DNA of 64,000 nucleotides from Macrostomum hystrix (lineage: Eukaryota; Animalia; Platyhelminthes): positions 8,494,001 through 8,558,000 of the forward strand of contig CATNEN010000029.1 of NCBI GenBank assembly GCA_950097015.1, written 5' to 3'. Position 1 is the stretch's first letter; every line of letters begins with the position of its first letter. The notes under the pieces are model-generated. The model saw nothing but the letters and a program-made list of their open reading frames with translations, did not search any database and was not told the origin of the DNA. Shown piece by piece: positions 19,045-31,081 of the stretch. Position numbers and translations under genes: made by a program.

Positions 19045-22000
19045 ATGGCAACACTACCGAATCGGACAACTGCGCTGCAATTGCGGCTGTTCCCCATGCT
19101 GCTGCTGCTGATGCTGGGACTGCTGGACAGACCGCACGGTGGGGCTGCCCTGTTCGACCTCTACTATTTGACGAAGGACGCCACAGGCACAAGTGAGTCC
19201 TAGTGCGCTCCAGAGCTGATCTTCTGAGAAAACAGGAGTCCAAATATTCATTATGAATAAAGACTTTAAGATAGACACTCACAGCTAGAGAAGACAGATA
19301 TTCAAAGAGCAGGCATACACTCAGAGCAGACATACACTGAGCAGACATACACTCAGAGCAGACATACACTCAGAGCAGACAGACAGTCAGAGCAGACAGA
19401 CAGTCTGAGCAGACAGACACTCAGAGCAGACAGACAGTCAGAGCAGACATACACTCAGAGCAGACAGACAGTCAGAGCAGACAGACAGTCTGAGCAGACA
19501 GACAGTCAGAGCAGACAGACACTCAGAGCAGACATACACTCAGAGCAGACATACACTCAGAGCAGACATACACTCAGAGCAGACAGACAGTCAGAGCAGA
19601 CAGACAGTCAGAGCAGACATACACTCAGAGCAGACAGACAGTCTGAGCAGACAGACAGTCAGAGCAGACAGACAGTCAGAGCAGACAGACAGTCAGAGCA
19701 GACATACACTCAGAGCAGACAGACAGTCAGAGCAGACATACACTCAGAGCAGACATACACTCAGAGCAGACAGAAATTCAGAGCAGACAGACAGTCAGAG
19801 CAGACATACACTCAGAGCAGACAGACAGTCAGAGCAGACAGACAGTCAGAGCAGACAGACAGTCAGAGCAGACATACACTCAGAGCAGACAGACAGTCTG
19901 AGCAGACAGACAGTCAGAGCAGACAGATAGTCAGAGCAGACAGACAGTCTGAGCAGACAGACAGTCAGAGCAGACAGACAGTCAGAGCAGACATACACTC
20001 AGAGCAGACAGACAGTCTGAGCAGACAGACAGTCAGAGCAGACAGACAGTCAGAGCAGACATACACTCAGAGCAGACATACACTCAGAGCAGACAGACAG
20101 TCAGAGCAGACAGACAGTCTGAGCAGACATACACTCAGAGCAGACAGACAGTCTGAGCAGACAGACAGTCAGAGCAGACATACACTCAGAGCAGACAGAC
20201 AGTCAGAGCAGACAGACAGTCAGAGCAGACATACACTCAGAGCAGACAGACAGTCTGAGCAGACAGACAGTCAGAGCAGACAGACAGTCAGAGCAGACAT
20301 ACACTCAGAGCAGACATACACTCAGAGCAGACAGACAGTCAGAGCAGACAGACAGTCAGAGCAGACAGACAGTCTGAGCAGACAGACAGTCTGAGCAGAC
20401 AGACAGTCTGAGCAGACAGACAGTCAGAGCAGACAGATAGTCTGAGCAGACAGACAGTCAGAGCAGACAGACAGTCTGAGCAGACAGACAGTCTGAGCAG
20501 ACAGACAGTCAGAGAGCAGTTCTACTCATTTTGCAGAGCCATACAACGGGTCCCGGGTGTACTACGTGTTCAATGGCACAGCGAACAGGTACGCTCTAGG
20601 CTTCAGTATACCAGTGCCTTTGCCAGTCTCCAGTCTTCGCTTTCGCTGGGTGAGCCATTCTTTCCACAAGGTAACATGACTGTCTCAGTATGCTCAGATA
20701 ATATAGGTTTGCAGTCGTGAATGTTTTACAAAAATCATCGCCTGCTTTTCAGATGCCTTACTCAATCAGCTTCGCCGTGGCCAACAAGCGGGCGATGGAC
20801 TCTCCGAGGCTGAGCATACCGAGGACTGGATCCGTGCCCAGCGCTGATTCAGGTGCAGTGCTCTGTCCCGGAAATTTTGGGCATCAAGCTGGTAGTTCCT
20901 GGTAGTTTGATGCGGAAGAACTGTGGGCACAGGTGGTTGGGTTGGGAGGTAGGTAAGGACAGCACAGGTGGTTGGGTTGGGAGGTAGGTAAGGACAGCAC
21001 AGGTGGTTGGGTTGGGAGGTAGGTAAGGACAGCACAGGTGGTTGGGTTGGGAGGTAGGTAAGGACAGCACAGGTGGTTGGGTTGGGAGGTAGGTAAGGAC
21101 AGCACAGGTGGTTGGGTTGGGAGGTAGGTAAGGACAGCACAGATGGTTGGGTTGGGAGGTAGATAAGGACAGCACAGATGGTTGGGTTGGGAGGTAGGTA
21201 AGGACAGCACAGGTGGTTGGGTTGGGAGGTAGATAAGGACAGCACATGTGGTTGGGTTGGGAGGTAGGTAAGGACAGCACAGGTGGTTGGGTTAGGAGGT
21301 AGGTAAGGACAGCACAGATGGTTGGGTTGGGAGGTAGGTAAGGACAGCACAGGTGGTTGGGTTGGGAGGTAGATAAGGACAGCACAGGTGGTTGGGTTGG
21401 GAGGTAGGTAAGGACAGCACAGATGGTTGGGTTGGGAGGTAGGTAAGGACAGCACAGGTGGTTGGGTTGGGAGGTAGATAAGGACAGCACATGTGGTTGG
21501 GTTGGGAGGTAGGTAAGGACAGCACAGGTGGTTGGGTTGGGAGGTAGATAAGGACAGCACAGGTGGTTGGGTTGGGAGGTAGGTAAGGACAGCACAGATG
21601 GTTGGGTTGGGAGGTAGGTAAGGACAGCACAGGTGGTTGGGTTGGGAGGTAGATAAGGACAGCACAGGTGGTTGGGTTGGGAGGTAGATAAGGACAGCAC
21701 AGGTGGTTGGGTTGGGAGGTAGGTAAGGATAGCACAGGTGTTTGGGTTGGGAGGTAGATAAGGACAGCACAGGTGGTTGGGTTGGGAGGTAGGTAAGGAC
21801 AGCACAGGTGGTTGGGTTGGGAGGTAGGTAAGGACAGCACAGGTGGTTGGGTTGGGAGGTAGGTAAGGACAGCACAGGTGGTTGGGTTGGGAGGTAGGTA
21901 AGGACAGCACAGGTGGTTGGGTTGGGAGGTAGATAAGGACAGCACAGGTGGTTGGGTTGGGAGGTAGGTAAGGACAGCACAGGTGGTTGGGTTGGGAGGT

Positions 22001-25000
22001 AGGTAAGGACAGCACAGGTGGTTGGGTTGGGAGGTAGATAAGGACAGCACAGGTGGTTGGGTTGGGAGGTAGATAAGGACAGCACAGGTGGTTGGGTTGG
22101 GAGGTAGATAAGGACAGCACAGGTGGTTGGGTTGGGAGGTAGATAAGGACAGCACAGGTGGTTGGGAATCGACTGAGGTCGAGCCGGGGTGCGGCAAGGC
22201 ACCAGTGTTCCTGAGCACCAGTGTTCCAGTGTTCCTACTCAGGAGTAGGAGGGTTGTAGGCAATGGTACATCATTTGGTTACACTAGAACCGTAGCCCAT
22301 GTCGCTGACTGCTGAGCACACACGCACACAGATACCGTACGCAGGCACACACTTACACAGGTGTGTACATCTGCCCTGGCCCTCTCATCGTCGGGCAGTG
22401 TCGGAAGATGGGAAGAAGCTACAGACAGCCAGCTAGCATAAAAATATGAATCAGGAAGATTTGGAAATGTGAGGATTCAGGCTGGCTAGGGATGAATTTT
22501 GCCCGCTCACTTGGCCAGAGTCCTATAACTGGGTCCCTGGGACCAAGGAATTATTCATGAGTTAGCTCAGGGCCAAAATGCCCCAGATTTTAAAGTCTCT
22601 CTGGGTCCCAATGGAAAAACATTTGTGGCACGGAATCTTTTTCCTGATAAATTGCTTCTTTTTCGCTGATCGAGTCCATCCTCAACCAGCTTAACATAAA
22701 GAAGTGAAAAGTGCTTGTGTACTTTAATAAAAGTCATCATTTTAAATATGTTTTAGGCCTTAAGTACATCGTAAAAATAGGTACAACCCTATTTTTCAGT
22801 AGGGTTGCAGGGAGATCAGCTAGTTTGGTTGCAGGGAGATCAGCTAGTAGGGTTGCAGGGAGATCTGCAGCTAGTAGGGCTGCAGTGAGATCAGCTAGTA
22901 GGGTTGCAGTGAGATCTGCAGCTAGTAGGGCTGCAGGGAGATCAGCTAGTAGGGTTGCAGGGAGATCAGCTAATAGGGTTGCAGGGAGATCAGCTATTAG
23001 GGTTGCAGGGAGATCAGCTAGTAGGGTTGCAGGGAGATCTGCAGCTAGTAGGGCTGCAGGGAGATTAGCTAGTAGGGTTGCAGGGAGATCAGCTAGTAGG
23101 GTTGCAGGGAGATCAGCTAGTAGGGTTGCACGGAGATCAGCTAACTAGTTGTAACTGTAGAAACTGTCGAATCGTCTCCACAGCATTCGACGTCGCTCTG
23201 CAGTGCACAGGCGCCGTGCACGCCGAAGTGGCCCTGGTCATTCTGCTGAATGTCACGGTGCAGCCCGACGGCCCTCCGATCCAGCTGAAGATTCGAAGGC
23301 GCAAACTTTGTGGCGGCACTGGTGAGTGGGCTGTGGGTTGCACTGGTGGATGTGCTGTGGGTTGTACTTTTTGGTGGGCTGTAGGTTGTACTTTTTGGTG
23401 GGCTGTGGGTTGTACTTTTTGGTGGGCTGTGGGTTGCACTGGTGTATGTGCTGTGGGTTGTACTTTTTGGTGGGCTGTGGGTTGTACTTTTTGGTGGGCT
23501 GTGGGTTGCACTGGTGTATGTGCTGTGGGTTGTACTTTTTGGTGGGCTGTGGGTTCTACTTTTTGGTGGCATGTGGGTTGCAATGGTGGGTGGGCTATGG
23601 GTTGCACTGGTGGGTGGGCTGTGGGTTGTACTAGTGGGTTGGCACTATGGTGCACTCGTGGGTGGGCTGTGGGTTGTACTAGTGGGTTGGCACTTTGGTG
23701 CACTCGTGGGTGTGTTGCATAAATTCCGAAATTTTTGTCGTTTCAAAAGTGATCGCGCCGCTAGAAGCCACGGAATCGGCGGTCGTTGCCGTCGCCCAGC
23801 GACCGCTGGGCCCCGGTGGTGCCGGCACATTGGCTGCGTCGTCTGCCACTGCGTCAGCCGAAAAATTTCCAATCGCCATTGTTCGTCTGCTGCTGCTGCT
23901 GCTGTTGCTTCTGCTGGCCTTGCCTGCCTCTGCAACCGTCGCTTTCCTGACTCTGCGCAGATGCTGCCGGTTTAGAAGCGCCGCGGCTGCCGCACCCGGT
24001 GGCGAAGGCACGGACTCCACCGGTCAGCAGCTGACGTCTGCAGCCTCTGTGGTTGTCTGGCTTCGTGGTGCGGACAGCTGCAGCCAGACCAGCGGCTGCA
24101 CCTCGGGCGGTGAGTTCGAATCTTGCGCTATTGAATTCACTCAAGAACCGAAAATATCCGACAGGCACGGTTCTCTTTTTGAGGGCAGACTTGAGCCCCG
24201 GGTTTGTTGATCTTTTCGTCAGTGGACAACTCGGTTGAGAATGGAAATGTTGCTGATTATATACAGACTGCGAATAGTGCAGGGGATAGGCAAAAAAGAT
24301 AGGCAAATCCGTGCATAGTTGACAGCACACAGTGCTGAAGGGAGTGCAGATCCGTGCATAGTTGACAGCACACAGTGCTGAAGGGAGTGCAGATCCGTGC
24401 ATAGTTGACAGCACACAGTGCTGAAGGGAGTGCAGATCCGTGCATAGTTGACAGCACACAGTGCTGAGCGTACCGCTCCGCCCGCAGGCCAGCCCAGTCA
24501 CCAAGTGGGCGCCTCGCCGATTGTGCAACGCCGAATCAGCAGTCCGCGTGACATTCTGCTCGAGGTTCAAACAACCTGGCCAAGCATCAGTGTTGATTGT
24601 CTTGTAATGGAAGGTGAGCACACAAAGTCCTGAGCACTGAAACTGGAACTGATATGTCCCGATGTACTCGTGAATGAAACTAATCGCTCATGAATTCAAC
24701 TTGCAGGCAGCTACGGCCGAATCTACCGCGGCAGCTGGGCGGCTCCGATTCAAAGGGGACAACGCGTGGAGGTGCTCATCAAGACGGTTGCCGGTGAGGC
24801 TGCCCACACATTGACTTCACTTCGCGAACACCTATTCGATATCCAATTCAATGAGTAATCACAGAGTCTCCTACTCACAATCTACGCATCAGGTATCCTA
24901 CTCATCGAGTATCCTACTCACATTCTATTCATCAAGTATCCTACTTACATTCTACTCATCAAGTATCCTACTCACATTCTACTCATCGAGTATCCTACTC

Positions 25001-28000
25001 ACAATCTACTCATCAAGTATCCTACTCATCGAGTATCCTACTCACATTCTATTCATCAAGTATCCTACTTACATTCTACTCATCAAGTATCCTACTCACA
25101 TTCTACTCATCGAGTATCCTACTCACATTCTACTCATCGAGTATCCTACTCACATTCTACTCATCGAGTATCCTACTTACATTCTACTCATCGAGTATCC
25201 TACTCACATTCTACTCATCGAGTATCCTACTCACATTCTACTCATCGAGTATCCTACTCACATTCTACTCATCGAGTATCCTACTTACATTCTACTCATC
25301 GAGTATCCTACTCACATTCTACTCATCGAGTATCCTACTCACATTCTACTCATCGAGTATCCTACTTACATTCTACTCATCGAGTATCCTACTCACATTC
25401 TACTCATCAAGTATCCTACTTACATTCTACTCATCGAGTATCCTACTCACATTCTACTCATCAAGTATCCTACTTACATTCTACTCATCGAGTATCCTAC
25501 TCACATTCTACTCATCAAGTATCCTACTCACATTCTACTCATCGAGTATCCTACTCACATTCTACTCATCGAGTATCCTACTTACATTCTACTCATCGAG
25601 TATCCTACTCACATTCTACTCATCAAGTATCCTACTTACATTCTACTCATCAAGTATCCTACTTACATTCTACTCATCGAGTATCCTACTCACATTCTAC
25701 TCATCAAGTATACTACTTTCAATTCACTTATCGAGTATCCTTCTCACATGGGTGTCAGTGGCAGAGCGGTTATCGCGTTTGCCTGTCACTCCAAGGTCAC
25801 TGAGATCGATTCCATGGCGAGGCCGCATTCATTTGGGGCGCAGCCACAGAGAGAAGGCTTGGGGGCTTGTCGTGCAATTTACGCCCTTGAGGGCCAACCT
25901 CCAAGGCACAGTTAAATGTACACTGCCTGACGATTAGAAAGTCAGGACATATGTACACACCTGTGTGAGCGTATGCCTGCGTACAGTAAGTTTCTGAGTG
26001 CCTGTGTGCTTAAGAGTCAGTGAAATGGGCAGAATTGCCTCCTCGCTGGCTGCGGGTCTAGTGTCACCAAATGATGTGCCATTGCCTGCAACCCTCCTAA
26101 ATTCATCGAGTATCCTACTCAAAAGCTGCTCACAAACAGGGCCACATGGGCTATGCTTGATTTCATAAGAATCGGCCACATGCAGCGGGGAGGGTGGAAA
26201 GACTTGGCAAATAAGTTGCTGAGAAATTGAGCCAGAAGAAAAGTCTATCGCGCACTTGAGGCAGTTCTTACCAGACTCCCATCAGAGCAAAAGTGTTTCA
26301 ACGGGCTGCCAGAGAGCTGGGGGTTAGGGATGCGGCACCGTGGGATTTTTCGCACACTCGAATAGAAAATATTGCCAGCCCTGTGGCGGTCACGGTCGAA
26401 TGCAATTTCCTGATTGCTGGGCCAGCAGCAGCAACAGCAGCACATGGCCATCTCCGCCTGAAGCCGTGCGGGACGGGGCAGCAGAGCCTGGGGCGTGTCA
26501 GAACTGAGCAGCTATTGATTCTGTAATAGTTTGCCTGCTCAGTGGGAGTTCATTATTGGCAGTGTAGTTTTATATAAGGGCCGCCGCCCAATGCTTGTAA
26601 GAAGCTTAAGTAAGCATTGTTTAGCCTAGATGCAGCTGCTATGCAATTAGCGATCAGTTGTCATGTCGTTATTATGTGCTTGCTGTAAAAATATTGTTGT
26701 TGCTACACAATTGATATGCCGTTGCTATACAGTTGCTATGCCGTTGCTATACGATTGATATGCCGTTGCTATACGGTTGCTATGCCGTTGCTATACGGTT
26801 GCTATGCCGTTGCTATACGGTTGCTATGCCGTTGCTATACGATTGATATGCCGTTGCTATACGGTTGCTATGCCGTTGCTATACGGTTGCTATGCCGTTG
26901 CTATACGATTGCTATGCCGTTGCTATACGGTTGCTATGCCGTTGCTATACGGTTGCTATGCCGTTGCTATACGGTTGCTATGCCGTTGCTATACGGTTGC
27001 TATGCCGTTGCTATACGATTGATATGCCGTTGCTATACAGTTGCTATGCCGTTGCTATACGATTGATATGCCGTTGCTATACAGTTGCTATGCCGTTGCT
27101 ATACGGTTGCTATGTTGCTATGCCGATGAGTTGTTTTATCCTAACTGCACATGCTTCTCTTATCAGAGACGAGCAGGCAGGACCAGCAAACCGCCCTGGC
27201 TAAGGCGGGAGTCCTGCTGGCAGGCTTGCAGCACCGGCACGTCAACCCGCTGCTTGCCTCGGCCATGCGGCCGTGCGATCCGAGGCCGCACTTAATCTAT
27301 CCTTACCCGGCTGGCGGCAACCTGAAGTTGCGCTTGATTGGCTGTCGCACCGGGCCGCCTAATCAGTTCAACGTGAGCCTCTTTTGTCATGAATTTTCAT
27401 TACTATCGTTAAACTGCATTGCTTAAGACCTTCACTGAATCCGGCTGGCGCAACGAGCAGACGCTATCAACACAGCAGCTGCTGCACATGGCGGTGGAAA
27501 TCGGCAAGGGACTGGCCTATCTGCACCGGATGCAGGTGCTGCACCGGGACTTGGCCTGCAGGAACTGTGTGTGAGTGGCTAAAGTACCTGTATCAACTGG
27601 GCCATATAAACTAACGATATCAACTGGGCCACCTAGAGTAACGATATCACCTAGGCCACCTATAGTAACGATATCACCTAGGCCACTTAAAGTAACGATA
27701 TCCCCAAGGCCGCTTAAAGTAAAGATAAAACCTAGGCCACTTAAGTAACGATATCACCTAGGCCACCTAGAGTAACCATATCACCTAGGCCACTTAAAGT
27801 AACGATATCCCCAAGGCCGCTTAAAGTAACGATATTACCTAGGCCACCTAGAGTAACGATATCACCTAGGCCACCTAAAGTAACGATATCAACTGGGCCA
27901 CCTAGAGTAACGATATCACTGTGAGAGATACAATTCAGACTACTGACAACAGTAGAAAGGCAAAGAATTGGCTGCACAACTTTAACACAAAACTGTATCA

Positions 28001-29743
28001 CCATAAAAATGGCAAAGTTAAAAGAGACTTCTGTGCACACTAAGAGTGGTGGGAGAGGACTGCGTGTGGCTATGGCTGACTGACGAAGGCAAACTGGCCA
28101 GAAACCGGTCTCGGTCTGCCAGCGCAAGGTTGTTCCCCACTTTTAGTGTGTTACAATCACCAAGGCCGTTTTAAGTAAAGATGTCACCAAGGCCGCTTAA
28201 AGCAACGATATCACCAAGGCCAATTAAAGTAACGATATCACCAAGGCCGCTTAAAGCAACGATATCACCAAGGCCAATTAAAGTAACGATATCACCAAGG
28301 CCGCTTAAAGCATCGATATCACCTAGGCCACGTAAAGTAGCGAAATTTCCGAGACAACTTAGAGTAACGATATCACCCTGGGGGAACGAAAAGTAACGTT
28401 ACTCCCGAGGAAGGTTGAGTGAATATTCTAGCATATAAAGGACTACCTTATAGGAACCTACTAGAATAAGAAGCATTGTCTTTTAAGCACTACCCATGAA
28501 TTCTACTCACAGTCTCACGGCGGACAGCACAGTGCAAATCGCTGACGCAGCCCTGTCCAAGGACCTATTCCCAGCGGACTACGAGTGCACAGCGGACGGC
28601 GACAATCGTCCAGTCAAGTGGCTGTCAGTCGAAGCGTTGATTGAACGAAAGTTCTCGCCAGCATCAGACATCTGGTCGCTTGGCGTGACCCTGTGGGAGC
28701 TCATCACCCGTTGCCAGCAGCCCTACCACCGGGTGGACCCATTGGAGATGTCAACTCACCTTCGAGACGGCTACAGGCTGGAGAAACCAAACAACTGCCC
28801 GGACCAGATGTGAGCACCTGCTAACCCTAATTAGGCAACTAGCTATCACAATTAGTCACTTAGTTATTCCAATTAGTCACTTAGATATCCCAATTAGTCA
28901 CTTAGATATCCCAATTAGTCACTTAGATATCCCAATTAGTCACTTAGCTATCCCAATTAGTCACATAGCTATAACAATTAGTAACTTAGATATCCCAATT
29001 AGTTAGATGAACATCCAATTAGTCACTTAGATATCCCAATTAGTCACTTAGATATCCCAATTAGTCACTTAGATATCCCAATTAGTCACTTAGATATCCC
29101 AATTAGTCACTTAGATATCCCAATTAGTCACTTAGATATCCCAATTACTTAGATGAACATCCAATTAGTCACTTAGCTATCCCAATTAGTCACTTAGCTA
29201 TTCCAATTAGTCACTTAGATATCCCAATTAGTTAGATGAACATCCAATTAGTCACTTATATATCCCAATCAGTAACTTATATATCTCAATTAGTCACTTA
29301 GATTTCCCAATTAGATAGATGACCATCCAATTAGTCACTTAGATTTCCCAATTAGATAGATGACCATCCAATTAGTCACTTAGATTTCCCGATCAGTCAC
29401 TTAGATATCCCAATTAGTCACTAAGCTATTCCAATTAGTATTAGTGACGTAGCGCACCACCATAGTACAATTTAGGCCGTTGAAGAAAACTTCCCTTCCT
29501 GCGAACCCTTCCTGCGAACCCTTCCTGCGAACCCTTCCTGCGAACCCTTCGAGGACTTCTATATACTGTATGGAATATATTATAGAAGTCCTTGATGAAT
29601 GTGCTGACTCAATCGCCGTTCTTTCCCGCAGGTTCTCCATCATGCACAGCTGCTGGAACGCCCGACCGGAGCGCAGGCCGAGACTCAAGCAGCTGAAAGT
29701 GGCTCTGGCCGAGTTTCACCGTACGCTGAGCGTCTACGTGTAG
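19045..29743 (+). CDS. RYK: RYK/Derailed/LIN-18 Wnt receptor (WIF domain, transmembrane helix, pseudokinase), 11 coding exons
   Basis: Exons 19045-19192 (signal peptide), 20537-20670 (VYYVFNGTANRYALGFSIPVP), 20753-20852, 23184-23321 (FDVALQCTG..LKIRRRKLC), 23750-24109 (TM), 24488-24613, 24707-24793 (EGSYGRIYRG..VLIKT), 27167-27372, 27461-27570 (HRDLACRNC), 28513-28809 (DAALSKDLFPADY..NRPVKWL..SDIWSLGVTLWEL) and 29632-29743 (CWNARPERRP..LSVYV*). Phases consistent. Confidence 0.95.
19305..20515. repeat. 17-bp minisatellite (CAGAGCAGACAGACAGT / CAGAGCAGACATACACT)n, about 70 copies
   Basis: Fills RYK intron 1 to within about 20 nt of the acceptor. Confidence 0.95.
20925..22165. repeat. 35-bp G-rich minisatellite (AGGACAGCACAGGTGGTTGGGTTGGGAGGTAGGTA)n, about 35 copies
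   Basis: Tandem units in RYK intron 3. Confidence 0.95.
22250..22402 (-). mobile_element. SINE family 1, 3' fragment
   Basis: GCAATGGTACATCATTTGGTTACACTAG..TTACACAGGTGTGTACATCTGCCCTG is the reverse complement of the family 3' half. Confidence 0.8.
22798..23146. repeat. 24-bp minisatellite (GGGTTGCAGGGAGATCAGCTAGTA)n
   Basis: RYK intron 3; ends about 40 nt before the acceptor. Confidence 0.95.
23326..23712. repeat. 24-bp minisatellite (GGGCTGTGGGTTGTACTTTTTGGT)n
   Basis: RYK intron 4; begins a few bases after the GTGAG donor. Confidence 0.9.
24306..24466. repeat. 43-bp tandem repeat (ATCCGTGCATAGTTGACAGCACACAGTGCTGAAGGGAGTGCAG), about 3.7 copies
   Basis: RYK intron 5. Confidence 0.9.
24880..25745. 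repeat. 27-bp minisatellite (TCCTACTCACATTCTACTCATCGAGTA)n, about 31 copies
   Basis: RYK intron 7. Confidence 0.95.
25750..26097 (+). mobile_element. SINE family 1, full-length, with a possible ~17-bp target-site duplication
   Basis: Head GGGTGTCAGTGGCAGAGCGGTTATCGCG..GAGATCGATTCC, 3' end GTGTCACCAAATGATGTGCCATTGCC. Flanked by ATCGAGTATCCTTCTCA and ATCGAGTATCCTACTCA, which also match the minisatellite unit. Confidence 0.9.
26712..27125. repeat. 22-bp minisatellite (ATGCCGTTGCTATACGGTTGCT)n
   Basis: RYK intron 7, near the acceptor. Confidence 0.95.
27590..28380. repeat. Degenerate 27-bp minisatellite (AAGTAACGATATCACCTAGGCCACTTA)n, interrupted by unique sequence at about 27920-28155
   Basis: RYK intron 9. 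Confidence 0.85.
28840..29445. repeat. 21-bp minisatellite (CCAATTAGTCACTTAGATATC)n
   Basis: RYK intron 10, starts about 30 nt after the donor. A 13-mer (CTTCCTGCGAACC) x3-4 follows at about 29495-29550. Confidence 0.92.
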
Positions 29744-29934
29744 TGTAACTAGCGAGTAACGATTAACGATTAAAAATTAACGAGTAGCTTTGCTACTGTA
29801 TATTGTTGTCTTTAGATTCTAGGAAACTCTTGGGTGGATAACTCTGAATATGAAATACCCAATGGGAAAGTTCCTAATATTCTTATTAATAAATACTAGG
29901 TGGATAGTTGTAGGTGAGAGATTATAGTTAGGAG

Positions 29935-30765
29935 ATTCTAGCTGGGGAATTCTAGTTGGGAGATTCTAGTTGGGAGATTCTAGGTGGGAGATTCTAGTTG
30001 GGAGATTCTAGGTGGGAGATTCTAATTGGGAGATTCTAGGTGGGAAATTCTTGGTGGGAAATTCTAGGTGGGAGATTCAAGGTGGGAGATTCTAGGTGGG
30101 AGATTCTAGCTGGGGGATTCTAGGTGGGAGATTCTAGTTGGGAGATTCTAGGTTGGAGATTCTAGTTGGGAGATTCTAGGTGGGAGATTCTAGGTGGGAG
30201 ATTCTAGGTGGGAGATTCTAGGTGGGAGATTCTAGCTGGGGGATTCTAGGTGGGAGATTCTAGTTGGGAGATTCTAGGTGGGAGATTCTAGGTGGGAGAT
30301 TCTAGCTGGGGGATTCTAGGTGGGAGATTCTAGTTGGGAGATTCTAGGTCGGAGATTCTAGTTGGGAGATTCTAGGTGGGAGATTCTAGGTGGGAGATTC
30401 TAGCTGGGGGATTCTAGGTGGGAGATTCTAGTTGGGAGATTCTAGGTTGGAGATTCTAGTTGGGAGATTCTAGGTGGGAGATTCTAGGTGGGAGATTCTA
30501 GGTGGGAGATTCTAGGTGGGAGATTCTAGCTGGGGGATTCTAGGTGGGAGATTCTAGTTGGGAGATTCTAGGTGGGAGATTCTAGGTGGGAGATTCTAGC
30601 TGGGGGATTCTAGGTGGGAGATTCTAGTTGGGAGATTCTAGGTCGGAGATTCTAGTTGGGAGATTCTAGGTCGGAGATTCTAGGTGGGAGATTCTAGGTG
30701 GGAGATTCTAGGTGGGAGATCCTAGCTGGGAGATCCTAGCTGGGAGATCCTAGGTGGGAAATCCA
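29935..30765. repeat. 14-bp minisatellite (GGGAGATTCTAGGT)n, about 58 copies
   Basis: Between the convergent 3' ends of RYK and PNP. Confidence 0.95.
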
Positions 30766-31081
30766 ATTGAAAACTCTAGGCGGTAAAGTATTCTAGGAAA
30801 TCTTGATAGCATAATTATAGGATAATTTTTTAAGGCAGGAATTCAGAGTCGAGAGAGAAAACTAAACAGAGCCACAGATATCATCCACACTGTTTAACAT
30901 TCACATGCTTTCAATCCGATTCGCTATTAAAGGGATATTAAAATTATAGTAAATTCATTTTATCGCTCGAGCCATCTAGGCCTTTAAACACGTGTGAAAT
31001 TTAGTTAATTCTACTAAATAAAGTTTTAAATTAATGAAGTTCAGCAATAAAGCCGCACAGACTACTGCCAGTAGGCTGGAG

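Noticed and set aside
25920-25955. CTGACGA..GAAA..GTC in SINE family 1 as a hammerhead or SECIS element
   Set aside because: The motifs abut without the required stems; the segment is a simple hairpin and lacks SECIS geometry.
20766-27203. ORFs of 100-478 aa within RYK introns
   Set aside because: All coincide with tandem arrays and are open in multiple frames.
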